This document shows positions 20,369 through 30,422 of a stretch of 64,000 bases of DNA, piece by piece; position 1 is the first letter of the stretch, and each line of letters starts with the position of its first letter. The position numbers and the translations under genes are program-made. A model generated the notes under the pieces. The model searched no databases, had not been told where the DNA came from, and saw only the letters and a list, made by a program, of their open reading frames with translations. Origin of the DNA: a phage. The stretch is from sequence record PZ509022.1. The stretch is one strand, 5' to 3'.

Positions 20369-20628
20369 TTAAAATATTCTCGCAGTTGGTCAAATCCACC
20401 AATATGACTTCCATCAGGAGCAAATACCTGAGGCATTGTCAAGCCGATTTGAGTATCACGACCTAGTTTAGTCAGAAGCTCAGCGATTTTCTCATCATCA
20501 AAAACACCTTTTTCCGGCATAATGTTGATAAATTCAAACGGCTGTTTCTTCACGGTCAAAAGACGTTTTGCATTATCGCAATACACACATTTATGGATGT
20601 TGCTATCATAACCATATACTTTAAACAT
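20365..20628 (-). CDS. nrdC: thioredoxin/glutaredoxin NrdC (87 aa, CVYC)
   Basis: 87 aa with CxxC. Confidence 0.85.
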   Translation of the reverse strand: MFKVYGYDSNIHKCVYCDNAKRLLTVKKQPFEFINIMPEKGVFDDEKIAELLTKLGRDTQIGLTMPQVFAPDGSHIGGFDQLREYFK

Positions 20629-20629
20629 A

Positions 20630-20872
20630 TTATTCCTTAATTCCTAGTACTTGTTTAAAAGTCTCGTCGTAATCAAGACTTTGGCCCGTTTGTTCTTTAT
20701 GTTTGTATATAATATCACTTACTTCTGATAGCATATTTTTATATGAACGAGTTAAAGCAGATTTAAGCACGCTGTATCTATCAGGAAATTTACCGTGTTC
20801 ATTATAATAAGCTATTGCTAATTCACGGACTGCCTTTTCAGCAGTCTCCATATATTCTTTACGCTTGGCCAT
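20630..20872 (-). CDS. hypothetical protein
   Basis: ORF 20630..21031 trimmed to MAKRKEY. Confidence 0.4.
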   Translation of the reverse strand: MAKRKEYMETAEKAVRELAIAYYNEHGKFPDRYSVLKSALTRSYKNMLSEVSDIIYKHKEQTGQSLDYDETFKQVLGIKE

Positions 20873-21176
20873 TTTCTTCTCGGTCAAATCGGTGTTTACA
20901 ATGGCGACATTTATAACGAAGATTACTAGTCTGCCAATGGACCAATTGCACCTGTTCAGTTCCACATTCAGGGCAATTAGGAACGTTTTTAGAAGCGCGT
21001 TCGCGGCGTTCAACCATAACCATAATGGCATACCAAGCAGGAGGTTTAAAATCTAAATCATCACAACCATGAATCTTTCCGCGCATTTCCAGATCGTCTT
21101 CTTCACCAGCCATAATAATTTTAATTAGACTGGAATTACTTGAAGCTGCAATATCTTCTAATAGACGCTTTTTCAT
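20859..21176 (-). CDS. zinc-ribbon protein (CPECG...CRHC)
   Basis: 105 aa, two Cys pairs. Confidence 0.45.
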   Translation of the reverse strand: MKKRLLEDIAASSNSSLIKIIMAGEEDDLEMRGKIHGCDDLDFKPPAWYAIMVMVERRERASKNVPNCPECGTEQVQLVHWQTSNLRYKCRHCKHRFDREENGQA

Positions 21177-22102
21177 TTCAATACCTCAATAGCATTACGT
21201 AAACCATTTGCTTTTGCATTAAGAGCTTTTAACAATTTAGTGTGTTCGGCAATCTGAGCTTCAACTTCAACTAGTCGAGATTTGAGGTATTCACGTTCTT
21301 CGCTCAAGTTATCAATCTTTTCTACTTTAGGCTCTTTTACAACTGTCTTATATGTATTAGGGTTCTTCAGTTTAATTAAAATGCGTGAACTGTATAACAT
21401 TGAACCATTATCTTCGGTTTCGTCATACATTTCTACTACATCCATAATTTTTAACATCATGCGGAGTTTATAAGACAACGAACGAATAGTTTTGTTGTGC
21501 TTATTAATTTCTTTAGCTGTCATGGTGCCGAGATTACGTGAGTAATAATAAGGAACCTGGATATTAATTAATACTGATGAACCACCTGGCTTGTGTGTTA
21601 CTTCATCAGCAATAACCCAATCTTTAACATGAACTTTATTTGTACGATTATCGCCACCTGTGAATAATTTACAAGAATGTTTAAAAAGCATATTCACTTG
21701 GTTATTGAATTCACAAGCAAATTTATCAGCAAATTTAGTTTCAGGAATGGTAGATAACCAATCAGCTAAATGAGTCTTTTTAACATCGTTAATAATAGTA
21801 AATTCAACCAAATCGGTTATAGATGTCGCAGTTTTAATGAAGCTCGGCTTCATAAAGTTTTTAATGTTATCACGAGCTACAGTAGAAGATAACATACGAG
21901 AACGTTTGAACCATTGAAGCAACGTCCCTAACGAATGAGAATAAGCGTTTTGAGTATCTTTACAGATATGATTTTCCTGGCCAACATATTGAAGGAAATC
22001 ACGAAGAATATTATTGATTACTGCTCTGTGTCCGATCTGATAATTACGGTGTTTAGTAATAAGACTGTCAAAATAATCAATATAATGTTTACGAGTTTTC
22101 AT
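21173..22102 (-). CDS. hypothetical protein with C-terminal coiled coil (309 aa)
   Basis: ORF track; heptad-like C-terminus. Confidence 0.55.
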   Translation of the reverse strand: MKTRKHYIDYFDSLITKHRNYQIGHRAVINNILRDFLQYVGQENHICKDTQNAYSHSLGTLLQWFKRSRMLSSTVARDNIKNFMKPSFIKTATSITDLVEFTIINDVKKTHLADWLSTIPETKFADKFACEFNNQVNMLFKHSCKLFTGGDNRTNKVHVKDWVIADEVTHKPGGSSVLINIQVPYYYSRNLGTMTAKEINKHNKTIRSLSYKLRMMLKIMDVVEMYDETEDNGSMLYSSRILIKLKNPNTYKTVVKEPKVEKIDNLSEEREYLKSRLVEVEAQIAEHTKLLKALNAKANGLRNAIEVLK

Positions 22103-22154
22103 GTTCTTCTCACTTGGTTAATGATTTATACTCCGAGCCATCCTTGGCTTTAAA

Positions 22155-23156
22155 TTACTTAATTAACTGTAAAGCTTGTTCCAGACGATCAAGACGATTA
22201 ACAGATTCTTCCCAAATCCTTTTAGCCTGCTCATATTCTTTCTGCGCTTTATTAGAAATTTCTAGAACTTCTTTATAAGCTTTTTCTAGTGCAATAACTT
22301 CTGGACGAATTTCTACCGGTTCAGGTGAATCGTCAAGACATTCCATTAGTTCCTCAAGGGTAGTTTCTTCTTTAGGAGTATTCACAATTTCATCACATTT
22401 TTGTTGGTAAATTTCTTTATCAGTAGGTGAATAAGCACATTTCACTTCACGAAGGCTAATTACGAGTTTATATCCTTCCCAACCGCATATATTCTTAAAA
22501 GGATATGTATGAATATTTTCTACTGTTTCCATACAAAGTAATGCGGTCTCTAATTGACGAGTTATAGTGCTAGCAATTGAGAAAAATTTATTAATATTCT
22601 TTTGGTTAGTTTCTGGTGTAAAAAATCCATAATTCACAAAAATAGATACTTTATTTTTATCAAGTTCATATTCTTTTATGATAATCATATCAGAAGCCAA
22701 AGGATGAATTTGACGATAATCGCCATAACATAATTTAGAAGCTGATTTTAGAATCTGTCCTTTGAAAAGTCTGAAATTACTAATCCAACGACGAGTAAAA
22801 ATATTCTCAGGGTCTTCTTTATTATTAAGATGATAAGAATTAACATCACCGAACCAATTATATCCTACTACATCTTTGGTTCGTTTAATTTCTTTCCCAA
22901 AATTACCAAGAATATCCCGATTAACCAAATATGAAAGAAGACGAGACTCTTTAAAGGTTTTCTTGATAACATCTTTATCTACACGACTAGAAATTTTACG
23001 AATTTCATGAATAAATTTAGTAGAAGAAACAATACTTGCATCAACACTATTGAGCCATTGATTGATAATAGAAAGAACGATATTTTGACCAAACATCGGT
23101 ATAGCTTTATCATCAATAACGCTATTGAATGATTTGATATATTCGTTACGAGTCAT
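22155..23156 (-). CDS. hypothetical protein with C-terminal coiled coil (333 aa)
   Basis: ORF 22155..23207 trimmed so the early promoter lies upstream. Confidence 0.5.
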   Translation of the reverse strand: MTRNEYIKSFNSVIDDKAIPMFGQNIVLSIINQWLNSVDASIVSSTKFIHEIRKISSRVDKDVIKKTFKESRLLSYLVNRDILGNFGKEIKRTKDVVGYNWFGDVNSYHLNNKEDPENIFTRRWISNFRLFKGQILKSASKLCYGDYRQIHPLASDMIIIKEYELDKNKVSIFVNYGFFTPETNQKNINKFFSIASTITRQLETALLCMETVENIHTYPFKNICGWEGYKLVISLREVKCAYSPTDKEIYQQKCDEIVNTPKEETTLEELMECLDDSPEPVEIRPEVIALEKAYKEVLEISNKAQKEYEQAKRIWEESVNRLDRLEQALQLIK

Positions 23157-23184
23157 ATTAATCTCCTCAGTAGAAAGTAAGAAC

Positions 23185-23215
23185 ATTATACCACATCCTT
23201 GTGGCAAAGTAAACT
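23185..23215 (-). promoter_or_regulatory. T4-type early promoter (rc GTTTAC, 18 nt, TATAAT)
   Basis: plus attataccac ... agtaaac. Confidence 0.5.
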
Positions 23216-24239
23216 AGTTCAGTGCATTTAGTGCATTGTTCAGTTTAGAACGTTGCTTTGTCAGATTTTGAACCCTTGACTGAGCTTGTTCTAACGCTTT
23301 TTCAGCTTCTAGCACTTCATTGGTCGCTTTAACGAGTTCATCATCTACTGCCTTAAGGGACTTCTCAATCGCATCCGCGTGCCATTTTTCAACAGGTTTA
23401 AGACTCGGATTTTCAATAGGAAGAAAATTCACTTTATTGAATTTCCATGCATCATTATTACCTGAACTATACATCCAAAATTTAGAATCGTTTGATGAGT
23501 AATTGGATAAATTTAAATTTAAGTTATCTTGCACTTCTTGCTTTTTCTCTTGCGGGACTTCGTCCTTTCTCAAAAATTCATATTTAAATGAAACAATCAT
23601 ATCAAGTTCATATGTTGTTGTATCTAACTTAAATCGTTCAAAACGAGGTAAAATCTTAGATTGAACAGCAGCAACAACATCCATATACTTAAATGCTTCT
23701 GTCAACTGTGATTTAAGGCATTCACAAATTGAAAGAGAATTTTTTGTATTAGGTTTAAAGCTAATTCGTGCAGTTCTATTATTTTCTTTTAACGGTCTTA
23801 CTTCCATCTGAAGAGTATAACCATCAAATTTCAGATTCTTTAAGTTAATATCAGAACCTTTTAATCGACTAGCCGTAGACAAAATTTGCTTTAATTGTTT
23901 ACGGAATAGAGCAATAAATCTCCATTCAAGACGATAATGATTTGGATTAAAAAATCCTGTTGATAAATCAACCTTACTCTGACCAACGCCTTGAACAAAT
24001 AGAGGATTTTTATAATCAATAGTTTTACAGAAATCGGTGAGCTGCTCACGAGCAGTCATTTGTGTAATATATCCCGCTTTACTAAAATGACGTAACCATT
24101 CACTGCTATTCATATACTTAAAGTGAATGGAACTATTAACTCTATCAGGGTCTAAATTATTTTGGCACAAAAATGTCATAACATTACGGGTATAGCTAGC
24201 ATTACGAACCATATCTTCAATTTGAGAACGAGTTTTCAT
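23214..24239 (-). CDS. hypothetical protein with C-terminal coiled coil (341 aa)
   Basis: ORF track. Confidence 0.55.
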   Translation of the reverse strand: MKTRSQIEDMVRNASYTRNVMTFLCQNNLDPDRVNSSIHFKYMNSSEWLRHFSKAGYITQMTAREQLTDFCKTIDYKNPLFVQGVGQSKVDLSTGFFNPNHYRLEWRFIALFRKQLKQILSTASRLKGSDINLKNLKFDGYTLQMEVRPLKENNRTARISFKPNTKNSLSICECLKSQLTEAFKYMDVVAAVQSKILPRFERFKLDTTTYELDMIVSFKYEFLRKDEVPQEKKQEVQDNLNLNLSNYSSNDSKFWMYSSGNNDAWKFNKVNFLPIENPSLKPVEKWHADAIEKSLKAVDDELVKATNEVLEAEKALEQAQSRVQNLTKQRSKLNNALNALN

Positions 24240-24247
24240 GGTGTTCC

Positions 24248-25156
24248 TTAAGATTTAAGTAAATCAACGATTTTAATTAATTTTTCACGCTCAGATTTAG
24301 CTTTACTACTCAATCCAGATAGTCTGAAAATTTCATCATCATATTGCTGAATAGAAATATTTAGCTCTTCAATCTGCTTATTAAAATAAGCAATTTGTTC
24401 AGAATGTTTTTCATTACTGCGAACTGGTACAGGTTTTGTAGGTAATTTAGTTGAACTGGATTCATCTGGGCGATAAATTAAAATGCAATTTGAACCAATC
24501 GGACATTTAGCACCAGACACATATTCTAATATTCCGGCTTCTTTTAAAACTTCAAAAGCTAAACAGAGATGATGCCCCATATTAACATAATCTGTAGAGC
24601 GAGCTCTGATGTAATAATCATCTCCACGAGTACTAAATTTAAAGCATTTAAGGTCTTCTGTATTATTGGTCTTAAAAATCATTTGTTTATCTAGACCTTT
24701 AGCTAATCGAGCGCCTAATGCTAATAATCGTCTTTGATTTTCCCACAAATCTGCGATCATTTGGTCAAATGATAATTTCGGCATTAGTCGACCATAAAGG
24801 TCGTATCCTTTATTATAATTGCGAAGGATTTCACTCGCATTAATACGAGACAATGCTCCAATTTTATTAAGGGCTTTCATAATGCGATTAGATAAACCCA
24901 TTCCAGACCCGTTTGTTCGCTGCAAATGTTTTTCTAATCCAAATCCAATATCAACTTTAAACTTATCTAAAATTTCTGCATGAACATCTCTGTCAATAAC
25001 ATTCAAATCCAAAGTTGGGTTAAATCTATGAAAAAATTTATCTGGCTCTCCACGACGAAGTACAGTCCATTCATTTGATTTTTTATTAACTAAAGATTTA
25101 ATTACTGCATTGACATTATTAATTACTACTGACATATTTTCCTCACTCAATTTCAA
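24248..25156 (-). CDS. hypothetical protein with C-terminal coiled coil (302 aa)
   Basis: ORF track. Confidence 0.55.
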   Translation of the reverse strand: MKLSEENMSVVINNVNAVIKSLVNKKSNEWTVLRRGEPDKFFHRFNPTLDLNVIDRDVHAEILDKFKVDIGFGLEKHLQRTNGSGMGLSNRIMKALNKIGALSRINASEILRNYNKGYDLYGRLMPKLSFDQMIADLWENQRRLLALGARLAKGLDKQMIFKTNNTEDLKCFKFSTRGDDYYIRARSTDYVNMGHHLCLAFEVLKEAGILEYVSGAKCPIGSNCILIYRPDESSSTKLPTKPVPVRSNEKHSEQIAYFNKQIEELNISIQQYDDEIFRLSGLSSKAKSEREKLIKIVDLLKS

Positions 25157-25556
25157 TTTTAATTTTACTAAATACGCAGAATATGATGGAAAAGACTATA
25201 TAAGCACCACACACAGATTGAACTAATACCATTCCAAAGAACCAAACAATATTATCAAACAATGTCTGTTTTACGTCGAAAGGACGTAAACTTACAGTAA
25301 TATTATCGCCTTTTTCTATTGATGAATACATCTCTGGGGAAATATATTCACTAAATCTATAACCGTCTTTGAGTTCATATACGGCAATAAACGATAAACT
25401 AGACCCCTTTCCTTGAGTTCCTGTAAGGGTATTAACTACAGTAACATCATAATCTTTATAATGCATATAATCATTAATTGCGTAATAACCATATGCAACT
25501 ACTACGCATAAACAACATATCAATAAATTCAATCTTTTAATTATCAACTGTTTCAT
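25143..25556 (-). CDS. membrane protein with N- and C-terminal TM segments (137 aa)
   Basis: hydrophobic stretches at both ends. Confidence 0.5.
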   Translation of the reverse strand: MKQLIIKRLNLLICCLCVVVAYGYYAINDYMHYKDYDVTVVNTLTGTQGKGSSLSFIAVYELKDGYRFSEYISPEMYSSIEKGDNITVSLRPFDVKQTLFDNIVWFFGMVLVQSVCGAYIVFSIIFCVFSKIKIEIE

Positions 25557-25611
25557 AATAATCTCAATTAAAAGGGCTTAGAACCATTATACCATCCTTG
25601 GTATAAAGCGG

Positions 25612-26139
25612 TTATGCGAGTACCGTCTTTAACCGTTCTTCAAACTTCCGAAGAGTATTTTGGCGTTCAGCTCTTTGCTTTTTGTAAGTTTCAATACGCT
25701 CTGAAATGAGAGTGTATCGTTCATTTACTGATTCTTTCATAAAATCAGGAATTTCACGAGAAGCTTTAATCTCATCAAATTTATCAATAACAGCTTGCTC
25801 TTCAGCAATTAAGTTATCATACATCAAAATATCTTTCTTGATGAACTCAATATCTTCTTGAGTTACACGAGATAATTTAGATGCTTTATCCTTTTTGTAC
25901 TGTTCGTTAGTATCACGAGACCAGTGCAATGTACGATTTTTATTCGTATTTTTGTAAATTTCTACAATACCAATCTCATCGATAATAACGATCCAATTCC
26001 AACGAGATTTGTAAATTTGTCCTCCGTCAACCGTGATTTCACCTCCGATTGAGATGTCATTAAAGAACTTACTTTGTGCTTCAGATTTAAATTTACCATC
26101 GTTGTAATTTACCAGGTTGAAAATATCTTTAGCGTTCAT
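25612..26139 (-). CDS. hypothetical protein (175 aa)
   Basis: ORF track, early promoter upstream. Confidence 0.5.
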   Translation of the reverse strand: MNAKDIFNLVNYNDGKFKSEAQSKFFNDISIGGEITVDGGQIYKSRWNWIVIIDEIGIVEIYKNTNKNRTLHWSRDTNEQYKKDKASKLSRVTQEDIEFIKKDILMYDNLIAEEQAVIDKFDEIKASREIPDFMKESVNERYTLISERIETYKKQRAERQNTLRKFEERLKTVLA

Positions 26140-26167
26140 TTTCTGTTCCTCCGTAGTTGATAGGGTA

Positions 26168-26196
26168 ATAATACCACGGAAGAACAGTCTTGTAAA
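26168..26196 (-). promoter_or_regulatory. T4-type early promoter
   Basis: plus ataataccac...tgtaaac. Confidence 0.5.
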
Positions 26197-26199
26197 CCA

Positions 26200-26514
26200 C
26201 TAAAAGAAACTTCTTTCACAATTTTTTCCACTGAACCATGCGCTTACCGCTTTCTTAGTCTCAGGAGCAGTGTTATCCATAAACCATTCAAAGGCAGCCT
26301 TTTTATGATTCTGGAGGGCTTCTCGGGCTTTAATCTGCTCACGGTCTATTAACACTAACATATGAGCCTTTCTTGTCACCATGGGCTTCTTATGATTTTT
26401 TGAATACTCCCAGTCATTTGTCCATCGCATTGTCGTTGCGAACTTAAATACTGCTTCTTTAATTTTAGTTTCGTAAATTTCACGAGCCTTTGAGTATAAC
26501 ATCATTACCTCCAT
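26200..26514 (-). CDS. hypothetical protein (104 aa)
   Basis: ORF track. Confidence 0.45.
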   Translation of the reverse strand: MEVMMLYSKAREIYETKIKEAVFKFATTMRWTNDWEYSKNHKKPMVTRKAHMLVLIDREQIKAREALQNHKKAAFEWFMDNTAPETKKAVSAWFSGKNCERSFF

Positions 26515-26603
26515 TCACCAGTTTAATTCTAGTCATCTTTTTAATGGCAGTCCATATAATCTATTTCTGAACTGCCTTTTTGTCATAGAAGTCCTCTTAT
26601 GAA

Positions 26604-27572
26604 TTATTTCAGAAGAGTAACCTCAGCAATTTCTTCCCAACCGTTTTTGTCGGTCATAATAAAGTCAGCAAGATAAAGAGCAGTACGCAGTGAAACATTG
26701 CGTAAACGGTTAACATTGACTTTCATCCATGATAATGCTTTATAAGTTTCTTCATCAGAAAGACCACGCTTTTGCATCATGTCGGTTGAAAGAATAACAT
26801 CTTCAACCCTGACCATAATTTCTTCATTAGTGTGAACACCCAAATCCAAATAAACTGAGCGGGACACTAATGCTTGTAAATGTGGAGCAAGTTTAGTACC
26901 ACGGTCTAATTCGCGGTCAATGTCAACGTTTGTGATAAAAACAATCGTTCCTTTAAATTCAAACTCACGCTCAATGCCTTTTTCTTCTAAGTAAGAAGAT
27001 GCAGTGCTCCAGCAGACTTTACGGGTCTCTCCAGTGTCCAGAGCAGCTTTCAGAAGATTAAGAATGTCCATATCAGAGAAAACATCCACATCATCAATCA
27101 AAAGGACAGAATTCTCTTCACGATTATTCCAAAGCTGTTCATAAAGACCGATACCGGAGATTTTACCGTTAATGCTTTTATATTCAATGTATCCATTGTC
27201 ATTTGCTTTATTTAAAGCTTTATCTAAAGAATACGTTTTACCAATACCCGCCGCACCAGAGATAATTAATGAACGAATGTTTCCGTTAATAATACCATTC
27301 GTCATCATTCCCATAACATTAAATCTTTTATTAATGCGGGTTTTCATATCTTCATACGATTCTTTAACTTCTTCAACTTTTACACCATCATATGAAATGT
27401 CTGATTTGTAAACCCAAACGCCGCGACGCTTACCGTCAATTTCAACAAAAACTTTACCATCTCCTTGTGCATCTACCGGAGCATTATCTGGGAACCATTC
27501 GCCTAAGAGCTCAAAAGTTCCAGAGATTTCTTTACCGAAGTAGATACCCTTATTGATAGTTACAGTTTTCAT
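26604..27572 (-). CDS. P-loop NTPase, AAA-like (322 aa)
   Basis: Walker A GAAGIGKT, Walker B VLLIDDVD. Confidence 0.6.
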   Translation of the reverse strand: MKTVTINKGIYFGKEISGTFELLGEWFPDNAPVDAQGDGKVFVEIDGKRRGVWVYKSDISYDGVKVEEVKESYEDMKTRINKRFNVMGMMTNGIINGNIRSLIISGAAGIGKTYSLDKALNKANDNGYIEYKSINGKISGIGLYEQLWNNREENSVLLIDDVDVFSDMDILNLLKAALDTGETRKVCWSTASSYLEEKGIEREFEFKGTIVFITNVDIDRELDRGTKLAPHLQALVSRSVYLDLGVHTNEEIMVRVEDVILSTDMMQKRGLSDEETYKALSWMKVNVNRLRNVSLRTALYLADFIMTDKNGWEEIAEVTLLK

Positions 27573-27629
27573 TTTATTCTCCTTTGATTTGATAGGACTA
27601 CTATAACATAATCCTATCAGTTTGTATAC

Positions 27630-27830
27630 TTATTTTGACATTTCTTCGATGTCACGACGATACCCGTCACGAACTTCACGAAGAGCTTCAAGGCCACACA
27701 TAGGCTCGATACCTGTAATGTGAACTTGATTAATCTGATACTCTACATCTTCTAACTGAGCGAAAACATAACGACGTTCAGCTGCACAACCAGATTTAGC
27801 TTTACCGAAACGCTTATTCAAAGTAGTCAT
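27630..27830 (-). CDS. hypothetical protein (66 aa)
   Basis: ORF track, early promoter upstream. Confidence 0.4.
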   Translation of the reverse strand: MTTLNKRFGKAKSGCAAERRYVFAQLEDVEYQINQVHITGIEPMCGLEALREVRDGYRRDIEEMSK

Positions 27831-27867
27831 TTTGTATCTCCAATTTACTCATTTGTTTTGATAGGTC

Positions 27868-27898
27868 TATAGTATCAACAACTACAGACCATGTAAAC
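27868..27898 (-). promoter_or_regulatory. T4-type early promoter
   Basis: plus tatagtatc ... tgtaaac. Confidence 0.5.
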
Positions 27899-27901
27899 AA
27901 T

Positions 27902-28165
27902 TTATTTTAATTTTCGCCAAATTTTTACTGCTTCTCGCCTCGATACTTCTACGGCGCCAAGTTCTATAGCTTTTTGACGACGACTTGCACGTAAGTCATA
28001 ATGTTTAATGCGTTTATCTTGAAACCAAGAACGTTTCATTCCTATTGCTTCTGCCATTTCGTGAAGCTCTTCAATATCTCCATCAGTGAACATATGACAA
28101 TTTTTAGTTGGATGACCGCGAAGTTTCCATCCATGATTCATTAAAACATCTACGTAAACTGTCAT
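27902..28165 (-). CDS. hypothetical protein (87 aa)
   Basis: ORF track. Confidence 0.45.
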   Translation of the reverse strand: MTVYVDVLMNHGWKLRGHPTKNCHMFTDGDIEELHEMAEAIGMKRSWFQDKRIKHYDLRASRRQKAIELGAVEVSRREAVKIWRKLK

Positions 28166-28345
28166 TGATTCTTCTCCAAATAAGTTTCGATAATTTTCTG
28201 GGCGAGATAAACCGCGTTATCTTCAGTTGCGTCTTCTAAGAAACTTTCAAAACACTCTGAAATTTCTTCTGTATCAATCAACTTTTTTACTTCAATTGGT
28301 GTAATTTTCATTTTGTTTTCCGTTTAAGTGTTTGTTTTGATAGTT

Positions 28346-28377
28346 GTATAGTACCATAAAGCTTTATGCTTGTAAAC
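28346..28377 (-). promoter_or_regulatory. T4-type early promoter
   Basis: plus tatagtacc ... tgtaaacaactttgtgaaaa. Confidence 0.5.
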
Positions 28378-28407
28378 AACTTTGTGAAAAATTTTTGAAA
28401 TAAAAAA

Positions 28408-28428
28408 GGAGCCCGAAGGCTCCCTATC
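28408..28428 (-). terminator. UUCG-loop hairpin ggagcc-cgaa-ggctcc plus U-run
   Basis: rc gives hairpin followed by TTTTTTATTT. Confidence 0.65.
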
Positions 28429-29440
28429 ATTTATAATAACTTCGATGGTTTTCGAGATACACCTTCTCAAGGAAGTCATCCCAGAAACTCATGTCTACTT
28501 TTTGCTGCATACCGTTCTTAGAAGCTTCAGTAGATGCTGCTTCTACTTGATCGACCACATCTTCCAAAAACTCTTGAACCGTTTTAAATGGATGTTTACC
28601 CAACTTCACGTCGAGAATAAATGGAGCGTCTTGAAGTGGATAAACCAAGTCACCAGTTTTGTAAATTTCCAATAGTTGAAGTCCACCACGGCATGCATGG
28701 CTCAGAGCTTTCCAGTCAATGCCTTCATTGGCTTCGGCCTTACGAGCGCGTTCACCGTATTCAGCATCTAATTTGTTCAGTGACTGCTTAAGCTCAATAA
28801 GAGAAAGCGTTGTCTGATATTTACGACCCAACACAGTGTAGAACGTTTGTGGGCCTGTTTTCTCATGATTATGGAACACCCATTCACAGAATTCGTTTTC
28901 TGGAAGACGATGCTTAATATCTTCAACTTTAGTACGACGCTGCTTAATAGAACCATCTTCTTGGTAATCAATCCATTGCTCAGGGATTTGATTAACTACT
29001 TTCAATACATCACGTAATGCAGCCAAACGAGAACCCTTGACGCCATATTTAGAAGCTTGCTTACGGACATATCCTAAATAGGATTTCATGTTAGTCGTAT
29101 AAAAACGAGAACGGTTGTCTTGAATAAACTTCCACACATCAGGCAAATCAGATTTAACCACTAGTTCAGGTGGAGTGTGAAGCATATCCAATGCTACAGT
29201 TTCACCATCTGCTGCTAATTTAAAGAAATATTTAAGACTGTATAGTTCATGGTCAATATCATCTTTAGTGTTTTTAGATGATGTGTTGTTAGTGTTTTTA
29301 CTCATGTGCTCTTTAACATTTCCGATAAGAATATCACGAGCAGGAGGAACAAAGATTTCTTTAAAATCTACATCAGATTCTGGGGTAGAAGTTCCATAAA
29401 GATGACTACCAAAATAGCTTTTCATTACTGTTTTCATCAT
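28427..29440 (-). CDS. predicted nucleotidyltransferase (Pol beta superfamily) (337 aa)
   Basis: N-terminal GSHLYGTSTPESDVDF matches the G[SG]x9-13DxD motif. Confidence 0.6.
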   Translation of the reverse strand: MMKTVMKSYFGSHLYGTSTPESDVDFKEIFVPPARDILIGNVKEHMSKNTNNTSSKNTKDDIDHELYSLKYFFKLAADGETVALDMLHTPPELVVKSDLPDVWKFIQDNRSRFYTTNMKSYLGYVRKQASKYGVKGSRLAALRDVLKVVNQIPEQWIDYQEDGSIKQRRTKVEDIKHRLPENEFCEWVFHNHEKTGPQTFYTVLGRKYQTTLSLIELKQSLNKLDAEYGERARKAEANEGIDWKALSHACRGGLQLLEIYKTGDLVYPLQDAPFILDVKLGKHPFKTVQEFLEDVVDQVEAASTEASKNGMQQKVDMSFWDDFLEKVYLENHRSYYK

Positions 29441-29898
29441 TCAGCCTTATATTCAATAACAGGACATACTTTAGCTTTACGAGCTTTTAAAAATTCGACG
29501 ATAATCGATTTCTTGGGTTGAATAGGAGGTAAACCTTTATACGCCCTATCAATATTTTCTACGTGTAAAGCATAATCCTTTTTCCATTTATAATCTTTAT
29601 ATTTTTCACGCAGTTGTGCAGGAATAACAAATGAACCGATAATAAGTAAAACAAGCAAAATGGCAAGTATAAATGCTGATGGAATAAGAGTCCATAAACT
29701 ACCAAAAATAAGCCATTTCTGCATGATTTCTGCGCAGATAATAGTTAGACCTGCGAGTATAGTACATCCGAAAAAAGAAACGAAAAATGTAGGAATAACA
29801 ATAGACCAAAAATACGCGCACAGTGTCTTAGGTCGTTGCCATTCATCGTTAAACAATTTGAATAATTTATAGTGCCAAGAGTTTTCATTAATAATCAT
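29437..29898 (-). CDS. membrane protein (153 aa, multiple TM)
   Basis: hydrophobic segments; translationally coupled to neighbours. Confidence 0.5.
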   Translation of the reverse strand: MIINENSWHYKLFKLFNDEWQRPKTLCAYFWSIVIPTFFVSFFGCTILAGLTIICAEIMQKWLIFGSLWTLIPSAFILAILLVLLIIGSFVIPAQLREKYKDYKWKKDYALHVENIDRAYKGLPPIQPKKSIIVEFLKARKAKVCPVIEYKAE

Positions 29899-29900
29899 AA

Positions 29901-30422
29901 TTATCCTTTCATTGAAGGTGTAACAGTTGTTAAATACTTAATCATAGCTTCAGCTTCTGATTTTGATAATGAAATTTCTCCATTGTTTTGACGAATAGAA
30001 ATAAAATCCGGATGACGGTCACCACCAGCTTTTAAAACACACATATAAGTATCAACTTCATCTTCAATATTTGAAATGATTGAAGCAGTTCCACATGAAT
30101 GCGGTTTTTGATAAATCAATACAGCTTTTCTTCCACCGTTTGACTGTTCATAAACTTTTAACACATCAAACAAATCACTTCTTTTATCAATAGCTAAAAT
30201 GTTGTTTTCATCTTCAATGTTAAATCCTTCGGATACTTCATAAAGTGTCACCCATAAATCACCTATATCGATAGTAGCATTTTCCTTTCCATGACTTTCA
30301 AGAGCATGACAAATTTTCTTGATTTCGTCATAACTCATTTTAATAATATCATCTCCTTGACTAAGGAAGATGTCATTTTTAAATTCAACACGAATTAAAC
30401 CACTTTCACTTGAAATAAACAT
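29901..30422 (-). CDS. hypothetical protein (173 aa)
   Basis: ORF track. Confidence 0.5.
   Translation of the reverse strand: MFISSESGLIRVEFKNDIFLSQGDDIIKMSYDEIKKICHALESHGKENATIDIGDLWVTLYEVSEGFNIEDENNILAIDKRSDLFDVLKVYEQSNGGRKAVLIYQKPHSCGTASIISNIEDEVDTYMCVLKAGGDRHPDFISIRQNNGEISLSKSEAEAMIKYLTTVTPSMKG

Noticed and set aside
22120-22150. Small hairpin agcca-tcct-tggct between two of the tandem coiled-coil genes
   Set aside because: No following U-run on the transcribed strand, so not called as a terminator; may be an RNA structure of unknown significance
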